This document shows, piece after piece, positions 37,580-47,836 of a DNA stretch of 64,000 nucleotides. This DNA is from an uncultured Deferribacteres bacterium (GTDB taxonomy: Bacteria > Zhuqueibacterota > Zhuqueibacteria > Zhuqueibacterales > Geothermadaptataceae), in assembly GCA_964014485.1 (NCBI GenBank), contig CAXHAT010000011.1, positions 1 through 64,000 on the forward strand. The letters run 5' to 3'. The stretch's first letter is position 1. Each line of letters opens with the position of its first letter. The position numbers were made by a program, and so were the translations under genes. The notes under the pieces were generated by a model. That model was not told where the DNA came from, did no database searches, and worked only from the letters and a program-made list of their open reading frames with translations.

Positions 37580-38695
37580 TTAATTTTGCACCAGTTCAAA
37601 CGCGCCAAGCGGCTTGGTAACGCCGTTTAAAACAACCTCGACCTGGTGCGTTCCGGGATAATGTTTTCGCGTCGTCAATTGAGCCAGTGAAATCGACTTT
37701 TGAATCTTGACGCTTTCTCCCTGTGCGAGTTCAGCGGTCTTCAGCTTAAAGACCTTGGGACTGGTTTTGCCGTTGGCTTTGATAAAATGCACGCGACAGT
37801 CGATGAGCAGGCGGCGTTTTTTTGCGTCATCATTTTTCACTTCAAAACTCAGGACAACCGATTGCCCGATGGCAGGTTTTGCAGGCGAAAGCGAAACCTC
37901 ATTGAAAGAAATATTATCGGCGCCCTCATAGCCCAAAATGGCGAGCGCTCCGGGATCGGCGCGCTTAATCGCCGAACGCAGCGCGTGCCGGACAAGCCAT
38001 TCTCGATTTTCTGAAGCGTCTTTCATCCACCCGCGCGCTGTCTCCACAAGAATCTTGGGATGGTCTTTGCCGATGTCGTTCAAATTGTTCGCCACCGAGC
38101 GGCGCACGTAAAGCTCAGGATCATCCTTCAACAATTCGAGCAATTCCAGCACAGGGGCCGGGTCTTTTTGAAAACGGCGCAGACGCGGCGCCCAGGGCAA
38201 AAGCGGGCGCGTCCCTTCGGAGACGAGGCGGCGAACGTGGAGGTTGGGATCGTGCGTCCATTCTCGGAGACGCTCCAACGTCTTCTCCGGATAGCGATCC
38301 AGAAATGCGCGAATGCTGAATTCCGCGGTGAATCTTTGCGTCAACTCGTACTGCGCCCGCATCGACGCTTCGAAATGTTCCAGCCCGAATTCGGCGACAA
38401 AAAACACGTGCGGCATGTAGAGAAACGGCGCCATTCCATTGCCTTCAAGGCTTTTGATTCTGGGGCCAAGCGAAGCGAGCAATATTTCAATCGCGGCTTC
38501 GTAATCTTCCGGCAAGTATTTGCGCAGCGTCCTGGCTATTTTCCAGCCGCGCGGGGTGAGCTCGAGTTCATCGTAGCCGTCAAGTGCGTCGCGGACAAAG
38601 CCGTCAGCATCGAAGTCCGGCATGACCGATGAAATCATGCCCGCAATCTTTTTTGGAATCTCAGGGCCGAAATAATTCTTTAGCGGTTCCGCCAT
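37580..38695 (-). CDS. DNA alkylation repair protein (AlkC-like HEAT-repeat glycosylase with C-terminal Ig-like domain)
   Basis: LTQRFTAEFSIR.F, HVRRLVSEGTRP.LPW, YVRRSVANNLNDIGKDHP, KVFKL, TTRKHYPG.H. Confidence 0.9.
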   Translation of the reverse strand: MAEPLKNYFGPEIPKKIAGMISSVMPDFDADGFVRDALDGYDELELTPRGWKIARTLRKYLPEDYEAAIEILLASLGPRIKSLEGNGMAPFLYMPHVFFVAEFGLEHFEASMRAQYELTQRFTAEFSIRAFLDRYPEKTLERLREWTHDPNLHVRRLVSEGTRPLLPWAPRLRRFQKDPAPVLELLELLKDDPELYVRRSVANNLNDIGKDHPKILVETARGWMKDASENREWLVRHALRSAIKRADPGALAILGYEGADNISFNEVSLSPAKPAIGQSVVLSFEVKNDDAKKRRLLIDCRVHFIKANGKTSPKVFKLKTAELAQGESVKIQKSISLAQLTTRKHYPGTHQVEVVLNGVTKPLGAFELVQN

Positions 38696-38775
38696 CGTTA
38701 GTTATTCTCCAATTTATCCGACTCATTTTTCTCGAATAATTGCAATGTTCGATTCTTTGAGTGGTCTTCCAGCGT

Positions 38776-39882
38776 CTATTGCAGCCCGCCGTATTGTTTC
38801 CAAAAATATTCTCGCAGCTTATTTTTCAGTTCGCTCACGTCTTTGTTGTCCGCGTTCACTAAAACGATAATGGCGACCTCTCTGTCCGCGCTGACCATCA
38901 CCGCCGAAGAATACGTCCCCAGGCTGCCGCCGTGATAGCTGAACTTTTGCTTCGAAGCTCCGATATTGCCGTTGTACCAGCCCAGTGCGTATCCGGAAAA
39001 GCCAAAATGCAGTTTTTGAAATGTTTGTGGTTGCAAAAAGTTATCGTTTCCCAGCAATCCTTGCAAATGCAGTTGAATGAATTTTGAAAAGTCGTGAACA
39101 CTCATCGACAAGTTCCCCGTCGGCGCGAAGAACTTTTCCAGAGGGTATTCTTTTTCCGGGGGGATGGATTTGTAGGAGCGGCGCGTCTTTTGGTGTCCGA
39201 AAGTTTCCTGCGCACTCTTTTGGCTCGGAAAACCGATGAAATATTCCAGCCCCAATTCATCGAACAATTCTCCGACGAGTGCTTCCCAGCTTTTACCGCT
39301 CGCCGCTTCGAGCATCGCCGTTGCGACGATGTACCCGCCGTTGGAGTACGGCACGCCCGACTTTTTCGCTTTAATGGGCGGCAGGCTCAAAGCGTACTTT
39401 GCAAATTCCAGGCGTTGGTTCTCCGCGTTTGAGATAGTTTTGGGCATGTTTTTCCATTCTTTGCTGCCGTCGTCTTCGAACGGGCGCACCTTCCCCTGGT
39501 GGGCGAGGAACTGCTCCAGAGTCACGTCGCGATAATCGGGTTTTACAACGCCGTCCAATTCCGGGATGACGTCGACGAGCTTGTCTGTCCAGCTAACTTT
39601 TCCAGCTTCAACCAGTTTTGCGGCGAGCGTCGCCGTAATCGCTTTTGTGTTTGAAGCGAGATGAAAAAGCGATTTGTGCTCGACTTCTTCCTGCGACTCA
39701 ATTTTTTTCGAACCGCTCAAGCCAAATAGAATTGTGTCCGGCGTGATCACGCTCGCGGCAACGGCTGGAATCTGGTAAGCGACGCGAAACGAATCAACCA
39801 CGGATTTGAGCGTATTATTGGGCGCTTGTGCGCTTGCAGTTGCAGCGCCAAAACAAAAGGCGAAAAAAAGCACTTTTTTCAT
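38776..39882 (-). CDS. Serine hydrolase, beta-lactamase (class C-like) family, secreted
   Basis: Signal peptide; FHLASNTK (SxxK), YSNGGY, HGGS. Confidence 0.88.
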   Translation of the reverse strand: MKKVLFFAFCFGAATASAQAPNNTLKSVVDSFRVAYQIPAVAASVITPDTILFGLSGSKKIESQEEVEHKSLFHLASNTKAITATLAAKLVEAGKVSWTDKLVDVIPELDGVVKPDYRDVTLEQFLAHQGKVRPFEDDGSKEWKNMPKTISNAENQRLEFAKYALSLPPIKAKKSGVPYSNGGYIVATAMLEAASGKSWEALVGELFDELGLEYFIGFPSQKSAQETFGHQKTRRSYKSIPPEKEYPLEKFFAPTGNLSMSVHDFSKFIQLHLQGLLGNDNFLQPQTFQKLHFGFSGYALGWYNGNIGASKQKFSYHGGSLGTYSSAVMVSADREVAIIVLVNADNKDVSELKNKLREYFWKQYGGLQ

Positions 39883-39908
39883 TCAGCATTCTCGTCGATA
39901 AAATGGTT

Positions 39909-41339
39909 TCACGAAAAATTTTCTTTCAAGTAAACTTCCAGTTCTGCAAGCAGTTGAAGCTGCTGCGCATCCAACTCCCGCTCGTCGCGAAGTTTTGCGG
40001 CTTCTTCAAGAACTTGCGCGGGAAGCAATCGTTTTTTGCCGCGATAGTCTACCGGCGCGTTTTCAGGTGATTCCGGATCAACATAAGTGAGATAATCTTC
40101 CGCCTGCCGTTGCAGCCAGCCGGGCAATTCTCCCGGGTAGTTGCGAATTAAAATGCGCCCCGCCAGTTCTTGCGAAATGTTTGACTCAAAGGCGGTCATG
40201 AGTTCGATCTTCCGTTCCAGCGGGCCGTTATGAAAAGCTTCGCAGGTTAAGCGTTCCGTGTCCGTCAAAAAGCCTTGCAAGTAAAGCATCGCGTCCGCGT
40301 CGACGTTCGGGACTTCCGGGTATTCATATTCGCGGTAATAACGAATGATCTCCTGAAAAAGGTCGTTTTCTGATTTCAACCACGCGAGATTTTCTTCAAC
40401 AAGCTTCAATCGATCTTCATCAAGCCGTTCCAGATAGCGCTCTTTCGGCGGCAGCAGAATGCCGGGCTCGCCAAACTTTTTGCGAATCACCCAAGTCGTT
40501 TCCGCGACGTCTTCAATTTTTGTCTCCTGCAATTCCGGTCTGTCGAGACGCAGCCACAAGGTTTGGTTTGAATAGGGAATGGAAGGGCCGATGCCAAGCA
40601 CCGGCGTCTGGTAGAGCTGCGCCGCGCCAAACTCATTACTTACGTAGAGCGCGTAACGGTGCAAACCCGCATCCGTGTGAAAGGAAACTGGCAATGTCTG
40701 CGCCCGCCCGTCATCGGTTTTTTTGCGAAAATAGCCGCGCAGGAAATTCCACATTTTTTCATTGCCGGCAAAACGCCGCGCCAGTTCAATCGTCGCTTCC
40801 ACGTCCACCATGGCGTCGTGCGCCGGGCCTTCCGCCAGCTCATTGAGCGCACTGATCAACTCTAATTTCAAGCTTGGCTTGCCGTCTTCCAGCTCCGGCC
40901 AGTCGATGACGTCATTTTTGTAAAGCCAGAAAATCGTGCTCATCGGCAAAATATCCATGCGCCCGCAGTCGTTTTTGTACTGGTGGCTGTACGGGCGCAG
41001 CAAATTGCGGTAAAACGCGAAACGCAAAAATTCATCGTCAAAACCGAGCGTGTTGTAGCCGACGCTGATCGTGCCCGGTTCGTTGGCCAACCGGTGAATC
41101 TGCCGCACCGCATCGTATTCGCACAAGCCGGCGTTGATTCTTTCGATGGGCATGCGATGGGTGATCATGGCGCCGGGCGAGGGAATCGTGTCCGGGCGCA
41201 ATTTGATCATCGTTTCGTACCGGTCAATTTCGTTCAGACGCGCGTCGGTGCGAATGGATGCGAATTGGATGATTTGATCGAAAGCGCGGTTCATCCCCGT
41301 CGTTTCAATATCATAAAAAAGATACGTCAGCGGCGTCAT
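39909..41339 (-). CDS. sbcB: Exodeoxyribonuclease I
   Basis: FYDIETTG, QFASIRTD, GYNTLGFDDEFLR..FYRNL, SLKLE, AHDAMVDVEAT DEDDh motifs. Confidence 0.85.
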   Translation of the reverse strand: MTPLTYLFYDIETTGMNRAFDQIIQFASIRTDARLNEIDRYETMIKLRPDTIPSPGAMITHRMPIERINAGLCEYDAVRQIHRLANEPGTISVGYNTLGFDDEFLRFAFYRNLLRPYSHQYKNDCGRMDILPMSTIFWLYKNDVIDWPELEDGKPSLKLELISALNELAEGPAHDAMVDVEATIELARRFAGNEKMWNFLRGYFRKKTDDGRAQTLPVSFHTDAGLHRYALYVSNEFGAAQLYQTPVLGIGPSIPYSNQTLWLRLDRPELQETKIEDVAETTWVIRKKFGEPGILLPPKERYLERLDEDRLKLVEENLAWLKSENDLFQEIIRYYREYEYPEVPNVDADAMLYLQGFLTDTERLTCEAFHNGPLERKIELMTAFESNISQELAGRILIRNYPGELPGWLQRQAEDYLTYVDPESPENAPVDYRGKKRLLPAQVLEEAAKLRDERELDAQQLQLLAELEVYLKENFS

Positions 41340-41821
41340 GGCATTGTTCGCCTTTTTAGGAAGGGTTCATTGAATTTGTACAGCTTCATGATACGCGATT
41401 GGCGGTCGGTTTGTCAAGCGTTGAATTTCTTGACGCATAGCATAATAACCCAAGTTTTGACCTTCCAGTAAAAGCGCCGTTTTGACGCGCTTACAAACGG
41501 AAAGCGTTCGGAGTGCAAAGCTTGCTTTGCCTTCCATTCCGCTCAAATGGATAACACGGCAAATTTCAGTAAAAATCGAACGGTTCTGAGAAAGCTTGCA
41601 AAGGAATAGCAAGAAAAGCCTTGCACTCCTGTTTAGATTGGTTCCAACTTGAGCTATAACAAGCAGGCAGGGGTTCAAGATTGTGAACTCCTACGTTCTA
41701 TCAAACGCTGAAACGTTTGACGCCGTAGAAAGCTGTTTAGCGAGAATCCGCTTGCATAAAAATTCAGCTTTGGCTACTTGCATCTACTTCGCGTTCTCGA
41801 AAAAATAAATGGAGCATCAAA

Positions 41822-42253
41822 TTGGCGGAACTCAAGACCAAGCCAAACGAAGCAAGCGTTGAAGATTTTTTGAACGGCGTTGAAGACGAAACGAAGCGCC
41901 GAGACAGTTTCACGATCCTTGAAATGATGCGCAAAATCACCGGCGAAGCGCCGAAAATGTGGGGCCCAAGCCTTGTTGGTTTTGGAAGTTATCACTACAA
42001 ATATCCCAGCGGCAGAGAGGGCGACTGGTTCCGCACTGGCTTTTCGCCAAGGAAACAAAACCTGACCATTTACTGCATGCCCGGATTTACACGATACAAT
42101 GAACTAATGCAAAGCCTGGGAAAACACAAGACGGGCAAAGGCTGTCTTTACATCAAAAAACTCGCAGACGTTGACGCAGCCGTATTGGAAGAATTGATTC
42201 AAACGTCCTTCAATTACATGGCGAAAATTTACCCGGAAAGCGGCGGGAGTTAG
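41822..42253 (+). CDS. DUF1801 domain protein
   Basis: ELKTKPNEASV, PKMWG.S.VGFG.YHYKY.SGREGDW, GFSPRKQNL, LGKHKTGKGCLYIKKL. Confidence 0.9.
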   Translation: MAELKTKPNEASVEDFLNGVEDETKRRDSFTILEMMRKITGEAPKMWGPSLVGFGSYHYKYPSGREGDWFRTGFSPRKQNLTIYCMPGFTRYNELMQSLGKHKTGKGCLYIKKLADVDAAVLEELIQTSFNYMAKIYPESGGS

Positions 42254-43249
42254 ATGGATTCATTAAAAATGAAGCGGCGGTTGGGGCTGGCCGCACAGTC
42301 AAAGTTTGTGTTTATACTCGTTTGCGTCGTTGTGCTTTTGTTTTCGTGCTCGTCTCAAACCGAGCAGCCTCCGATTGCGGATACGGCTCCGTTTGTCGTC
42401 GTTTTAGGCGTGGCGCAAGACGCCGGACTGCCGCAGGCGAATTGTGAGAAAGAATGCTGTCGAGCGGCCTGGGACGATCCGTCAAAAAGAAAAATGGTTT
42501 CGTCTTTGGGGATTGTTGATCCTCAGTCCGGCGAACGCTGGATTATTGACGCCACCCCTGATTTTAAAGATCAACTCCGACTCATCAACGAAATCGCGCC
42601 AAGCAAAAACGACGATCCAATCTCCGGCGTGCTTTTGACGCACGGACACATGGGGCATTACACCGGCCTGATCCATCTCGGCTTTGAAGCGATGGCGAGC
42701 AAAAGCGTGCCGGTTTACGCGATGCCGCGAATGCAAAGTTATCTTTCCAATTCCGGGCCGTGGGATCAACTTTTGCGCATGGAAAATATCGAAATAAAAC
42801 CTTTGCAGGACGGTGAAGAAACTACGCTGAATGCGCGCATCAAAATCACGCCGTTCCTCGTGCCGCACCGCGACGAATACACTGAAACGGTCGGCTACGT
42901 TATCTCCGGCCCCGAAAAATCGGTGATGTTTATCCCGGACATTGACAAATGGGAAAAATGGCAAACACGGATCGAAGACAAAGTCGCCGAGGTTGACCGC
43001 GCCTATCTTGACGGCAGTTTTTTCGCATCTGCAGAAGTCGGCGGCAGGGACATGTCCGGCTTCCCACATCCGTTTATCGTCGAATCAATGCAGCGTTTTT
43101 CGGAATTGCCAAGCTCGGAGAGAGGCAAAATCACATTTATTCATCTTAATCACACCAACCCGGCTCTTGACAAAAACGGCGCGGCGCGCAAAGAAATCGA
43201 ACAGGCAGGATTTCACGTTGCCGAAACAGGCGAACGTTTTTCGCTCTAA
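42254..43249 (+). CDS. MBL-fold metallo-hydrolase (PqqB-like), probable lipoprotein
   Basis: LGVAQDAG.PQ..C, DATPD, THGHMGHYTGL, VPHRDE, IPDIDKW, HP, IHLNHTNP. Confidence 0.88.
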   Translation: MDSLKMKRRLGLAAQSKFVFILVCVVVLLFSCSSQTEQPPIADTAPFVVVLGVAQDAGLPQANCEKECCRAAWDDPSKRKMVSSLGIVDPQSGERWIIDATPDFKDQLRLINEIAPSKNDDPISGVLLTHGHMGHYTGLIHLGFEAMASKSVPVYAMPRMQSYLSNSGPWDQLLRMENIEIKPLQDGEETTLNARIKITPFLVPHRDEYTETVGYVISGPEKSVMFIPDIDKWEKWQTRIEDKVAEVDRAYLDGSFFASAEVGGRDMSGFPHPFIVESMQRFSELPSSERGKITFIHLNHTNPALDKNGAARKEIEQAGFHVAETGERFSL

Positions 43250-43325
43250 CCCTCGCTACAAACGAAGGCAAAAGTTCGAGTCGTTTGTTTAAGGTGAATT
43301 TGACGTTTCAACCAACAAAATTCTC

Positions 43326-43595
43326 ATGGACGCCAAATCGATCAACGCATTTTTGATTCTTGTGATTATCATCCTCGCCATTTTTGTGCTTACCGGCAGG
43401 CTCGAACTGGCCGATCTTTCGCCGACAAGATGGCTGCCGGAGAATTTTTCAAAGTCTTCCTTGCGCTGGCGGCTGGGATGGATGGCGCTGGGAGCGGCGG
43501 TGGGCTTTGTCTTCATGTGGGGCAATAAAATGAAACCGGAAAAAGCGCTTTGGGCGGCGATTTTTTGCGGCGTGCTCGCCTGGTTTTTACTTTAG
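43326..43595 (+). CDS. Small hypothetical membrane protein
   Basis: 89-aa ORF with three hydrophobic segments, co-oriented with neighbours. Confidence 0.55.
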   Translation: MDAKSINAFLILVIIILAIFVLTGRLELADLSPTRWLPENFSKSSLRWRLGWMALGAAVGFVFMWGNKMKPEKALWAAIFCGVLAWFLL

Positions 43596-43631
43596 GCAGA
43601 TTCGGATTGAGCTTATCAAACGACCTTCGTC

Positions 43632-44492
43632 ATGTTGAATAAAGTCCTCAATGTTTTCACAAGCCCGATTCCTTTTTACAAAGAGCTCTCCCGCAATCTT
43701 TGGTACATTCTCATCTTCAGCATTTTCATTCCTGTTTTCATGATTGTATTTCAGCCCTTCGGATTGGCGAATGTCGAATTGCCCAACGAGAGCCTTGCAC
43801 TGTCCGGCTTCGGATTGATCGCCTTCTTTGTGTTAATCGGAAATCAGGCGTTTTTTCCAAGAATGCTTCCCAATTTATTTCGGACAAATCGTTGGAATTT
43901 GGGGCGTGAGCTGGTCTGGGAACTTTTGAATTTTTTCATGGTCGTGCTCATCAGTGCGACTTACTGGGCGCAAGTATTGGAGTATAGCCTGAACCTGCAA
44001 TTGATGTGGGAGCTGATGAAAAGCGCTCTTGTGCTTGCCGTTATCCTGATCCCGTTTTGCGCCATGGTCAGCTACATTAGCAGAGCATTCCCTAAGCGCG
44101 GGGCGGCTTTTCAAAAGCCTCCTTCACAAGTCGGTGACAGCGATTTCATTCTTTTGAAAGCGGAGAGCGGTCATGAAACAGTGCAGGCTTTTTTTCAAGA
44201 TTTGCTTTATATCCAGGCTTGCGAAAACTATGTGAGAATTGTACAAAAGAATGGTAACGCGAACGCAGAAGTTTTGCTTCGATCCAGCTTGAAAAATATA
44301 GAGCGGCAACTTCCTGCATCCGGTTTTTTCCGATGCCATCGTTCATTTATTGTAAATTTGGCGAACGCGGCGTCTCTTGAGGGAAACAAACGACAATCTT
44401 ACCTTATCTTAAAGGATCGCCAATTCAAAATCCCGGTTTCTCGCGCCGTTTTGGAAGACTTGAAGAACGAGTTTTTGGAGTGCAAGACATAA
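43632..44492 (+). CDS. Membrane-bound LytTR family transcriptional regulator
   Basis: 4 N-terminal TM helices (FQPFG); LLYIQA.ENYV, LLRSSLK.IE, FFRCHRSFIVNL, IPVSR. Confidence 0.88.
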   Translation: MLNKVLNVFTSPIPFYKELSRNLWYILIFSIFIPVFMIVFQPFGLANVELPNESLALSGFGLIAFFVLIGNQAFFPRMLPNLFRTNRWNLGRELVWELLNFFMVVLISATYWAQVLEYSLNLQLMWELMKSALVLAVILIPFCAMVSYISRAFPKRGAAFQKPPSQVGDSDFILLKAESGHETVQAFFQDLLYIQACENYVRIVQKNGNANAEVLLRSSLKNIERQLPASGFFRCHRSFIVNLANAASLEGNKRQSYLILKDRQFKIPVSRAVLEDLKNEFLECKT

Positions 44493-44842
44493 GCCTTCGG
44501 CGCCGCTTCGAGCAGTTGGGGAAAATCCTCCTTTCACGCCCGTCCCAAATCCATCCCAAACATCCCGCCGCCCTTCAAAATCAAAACGAACATTTTATTT
44601 TTTTGCGGCAAGAAATTTTTTCAAATTCACTACTTGACACTTTTTGTATAGGCTTCTAAAACTGGCGAAAAAGGCCGGAATTGTCATGCTGGAAGCATCT
44701 TGTTTGATCCGACCCTTGAGCATGATTTGTACTGGGCGATAACAAAGATTCCTGCAGAATGACAAAACGGGGTCTTGCGACGGCTCGAAAATGCAGTTTA
44801 CAAAAAAGTGTCAGGTGGAGAGTTTCAAATTGGAGGATTACC

Positions 44843-45232
44843 ATGTTGTGGAAAAAAGTATGGCGCGTCGTGGTTGTTTTGATGAGCCTCTACCTGGCCT
44901 ATATGTACATAAAGGCCGGCGCCGCCAAGCTCGACCCGGAAGGCTTTTGGGCCGCGCCGTTCAAAAGATGGGGTTACCCGGAATGGCTCCGAGTCGGCGT
45001 CGGCGTTTTGGAAATTCTGGGAGGCGTTATGATTCTAACGCCCTGGACGGCCACATACGGCGCTTCGCTGCTTATCGCAGTGATGGTTGGAGCATGGGTG
45101 ACGCGTTTTAATGACGGGTGGATAACGGACGTTCTTTGGATCAGTATTTTCATCCTGGCTTTGCTGGCGATTGGCTATGAATGGCGGGGGTGGCGGAAGC
45201 CAAAGTTAAAACGTCTGTCAGGCGAGGGGTGA
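44843..45232 (+). CDS. DoxX family membrane protein
   Basis: AG.AKL, F.RWGYP.W.R..VG.LE..GG, MVGA..T; GGAGGA RBS before ATG 44843. Confidence 0.85.
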   Translation: MLWKKVWRVVVVLMSLYLAYMYIKAGAAKLDPEGFWAAPFKRWGYPEWLRVGVGVLEILGGVMILTPWTATYGASLLIAVMVGAWVTRFNDGWITDVLWISIFILALLAIGYEWRGWRKPKLKRLSGEG

Positions 45233-45243
45233 CCAAAAACAAA

Positions 45244-45275
45244 GAGGTCGCATACAAAAATTTTGCAGCGACCTC
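45244..45275. terminator. Hairpin between convergent DoxX and cyclase genes
   Basis: gaggtcgc...gcgacctc. Confidence 0.45.
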
Positions 45276-45312
45276 GTACTCCTCCTCTTCGGGCCCTTTT
45301 GGCCGAACGCCG

Positions 45313-46137
45313 TTAAGCGTCAGTAAGTTTTGCAGGAAACAGAATGGGGCGGCTTGGCGCGGCGTCCGCTACAAAATGCGGCGCACTCAAGCTCAAAAAA
45401 TACTTCCCGTCTACAATTTCGTCTGGAACGAAAATCAACTCCGTGATTGTTTTTTTTGAGAAATCGTTCGGCTTGACCTCGTGACTTCCTTGTTCAATAT
45501 TCCAGAAAATATGATGGTTACTCAACAACCCGCCGTCGATGGCGCGATCGACGGAAGGCAAATCCACCAACAAGTGATTGACGCCGAGTTTGGAGATTTC
45601 CGTCATCGCTTCATTGGAAAAATAGGGCGGCGGTGAAGCCGTGTAGCGCCGGGAAACTTTTGATAAATCGTTCGGGGTTGTGCGAATAATGAGCGCATCC
45701 AAAAACAGGCGATCAACGGTTCGTAAAGCTTCAAGGAGGGCTTGAGACGTGATGATTTGGTCTTGCGGATCCGGAACGGGCTGGCAGCTGTCGGAAATTG
45801 TGCGCGCTGTTTGCGCTTCAACCGTGATCAAGGTGCTCGGAATGAAACCATTTGGAATGATTTTGTCAATTGAAATTCTCTCCAAAGCAATATGCCCGAC
45901 GCCCTCGGTGTGCGTGCCGTTGCAATGTGGAATCAGGCGATATTCTTCAAAATTGCAACCGCCGCCCTGGCGCGTATCGCCAACGAAGTTTCCGTCTTTG
46001 TAGGGTTTTGCGGTTGCGGCGGGAACGTCGTAGGCGTTTGGCTGCTTGCCGTTGAATCGCAAAGGAATGGAAATTTCAACTGCTTGCTCGGTCAAAATCT
46101 CGTACTTTGTTGCCTCAATTTGCGCGAACAACCTCAT
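45313..46137 (-). CDS. Cyclase family protein, probable kynurenine formamidase (KynB-like)
   Basis: PHCNGTHTE..GH, HLLVDLPSVDR, TITELI, DAAPSRP; ATGA-coupled to ACMSD. Confidence 0.82.
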   Translation of the reverse strand: MRLFAQIEATKYEILTEQAVEISIPLRFNGKQPNAYDVPAATAKPYKDGNFVGDTRQGGGCNFEEYRLIPHCNGTHTEGVGHIALERISIDKIIPNGFIPSTLITVEAQTARTISDSCQPVPDPQDQIITSQALLEALRTVDRLFLDALIIRTTPNDLSKVSRRYTASPPPYFSNEAMTEISKLGVNHLLVDLPSVDRAIDGGLLSNHHIFWNIEQGSHEVKPNDFSKKTITELIFVPDEIVDGKYFLSLSAPHFVADAAPSRPILFPAKLTDA

Positions 46138-47159
46138 GGAAGAAATTTTCTCCGCTCCAGCCCAAGCCATTCCAGCGCGGTTCCGCCAAGGAGCTGAGCT
46201 TTGAGTTCGTCGGGGAATTCGGTTACGGATTCGATCAGTTTTCCCGGCTCTAATTCGCCCAGAGGAAACGGGTAATCCGTGCCAAGCGCGACTTTGTCAG
46301 CGCCCATGACGTCGATCAGGAAATTCAAGGCTTGTTGATCGTGAACGAGTGAATCGACCCAAAAGCGTCCCAGGTATTCTCGCGGATTAACGTTATTGTC
46401 GACGGCGCAAAGATCGGGGCGAACGTTGAATCCGTGCTCGATGCGGCCGACCGTGCCGGGGAAGGAGCCGCCGCCGTGAGCAAATGCGACTTTCAATTTC
46501 GGCAGGCGCTCGAACACCCCGCCAAAAATCATCGAACAAATGGCCATGCACGTTTCCGCCGGCATGCCGACCAGCCACGGCAGCCAGTAATCCGGCATTT
46601 TTTCTTTGCCCATCATGTCCCACGGATGGACGAAAATCGCGGCGTCCAGTTCTTCCGCCGCCTGGAAAACGTCGAACAAGCGCTCGTCGTTTAGATTCCA
46701 CGCATTGATGTGGGTGCCGATTTGTAAGCCGCGCAGCCCGAGTTCTTTGACGCAGCGCTCCATTTCTTTAATCGCCAAGTGCGGCGCTTGCATGGGCGCT
46801 GTGCCGAGTCCGATAAAACGCGTTGGGTATTCGTCCACAATTTCAGCGATGTGATCATTCAAAATTTTTGACAAATCCAGCGTGTGCTCAGCATCAGCCC
46901 AGTAATTAAACATGACCGGCACCGTGGACAAAACCTGAACGTTCACATTGTGCGCCGCGCATTCTTCAAGCCGCACTTGCGGGTCCCAGCAGTTGCTTTG
47001 AACTTCGCGAAAAAACTTGCCGTCGATGTGCATCCGCGCAGCGCCGGCGCAATGGTGGTCCAGTTGCACGAAGCCGCCGTAGCCGTAGCGCTCTCGCAAG
47101 TTCGGCCAGTTTTCAGGCAAAATATGCGTGTGAATATCGATTTTGAGGAAATCCGTCAT
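46134..47159 (-). CDS. nbaD: 2-amino-3-carboxymuconate-6-semialdehyde decarboxylase (ACMSD)
   Basis: IDIHTHILP, VQVLSTVPVMF, FVHPWDM, WLPWLVGMPAET, AHGGGSFP, GTDYPFPLGE; next to nbaC. Confidence 0.93.
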   Translation of the reverse strand: MTDFLKIDIHTHILPENWPNLRERYGYGGFVQLDHHCAGAARMHIDGKFFREVQSNCWDPQVRLEECAAHNVNVQVLSTVPVMFNYWADAEHTLDLSKILNDHIAEIVDEYPTRFIGLGTAPMQAPHLAIKEMERCVKELGLRGLQIGTHINAWNLNDERLFDVFQAAEELDAAIFVHPWDMMGKEKMPDYWLPWLVGMPAETCMAICSMIFGGVFERLPKLKVAFAHGGGSFPGTVGRIEHGFNVRPDLCAVDNNVNPREYLGRFWVDSLVHDQQALNFLIDVMGADKVALGTDYPFPLGELEPGKLIESVTEFPDELKAQLLGGTALEWLGLERRKFLP

Positions 47160-47680
47160 TTTTTAACGGGCGGCTCCATGACTGCGCCGCAGTTTTGACA
47201 CTTGCGGTGTTCTTCGGATTGGTAGAATCGCTCCATGATGGGCGGCAATTGTTTTACAATATCTTCGAGGTGGAAGTATTCGTCATAAAGTTTTTCATTG
47301 CAGTTTTCGCAAAACCACATGAAGCCGTCCGTGTCTTTTTCCGCCCGTTTTTTTTCCATAACCAGGCCGACGGTATTTTCCGGGCGTTGCGGCGAATGCG
47401 GCACTTTGGGAGGCAATAAAAAAATCTCTCCTTCACGAATCGGAATATCCTTCGTCTCGCCGTCGTCAATAATCCGCAAAGTAATATCGCCCTCAATTTG
47501 ATAGAAAAACTCTTCCCCTTCGTTGTAATGGAAATCTTTACGCTTGTTCGGCCCGCCTACTACCATGACGATAAAATCTTCAGCTTCCTGATAAACGCAT
47601 TGGTTGCCTACAGGCGGCTTTAACAAATGTCGGTTGTCGTCGATCCATTTTTTGAAATTGATAGGCGGGAGAACGGCCAT
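47156..47680 (-). CDS. nbaC: 3-hydroxyanthranilate 3,4-dioxygenase
   Basis: WIDDNRHLLKPPVGN, VMVVGGPN.RKDFH, EEFFYQ, VPHSPQR, rubredoxin-like CENC...CQNCG. Confidence 0.96.
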   Translation of the reverse strand: MAVLPPINFKKWIDDNRHLLKPPVGNQCVYQEAEDFIVMVVGGPNKRKDFHYNEGEEFFYQIEGDITLRIIDDGETKDIPIREGEIFLLPPKVPHSPQRPENTVGLVMEKKRAEKDTDGFMWFCENCNEKLYDEYFHLEDIVKQLPPIMERFYQSEEHRKCQNCGAVMEPPVKK

Positions 47681-47836
47681 CGCTTGACTCCTTTTGAATG
47701 GAATTAATCAACTCGCTGGTAAAAATATAGAAATTTTTCGAGCATCAGGTTTTTAGGGCTGGGTCTACGTCAGCAAAAAACGCAGCATTCAAGAGGACGA
47801 TGGAAGGGAAAAAGAAAGGAGGATTTCTGTTGTCCT

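Noticed and set aside
45313..47680. Kynurenine-pathway operon as a novelty
   Set aside because: Well-described pathway genes (nbaC, ACMSD, cyclase-family formamidase)
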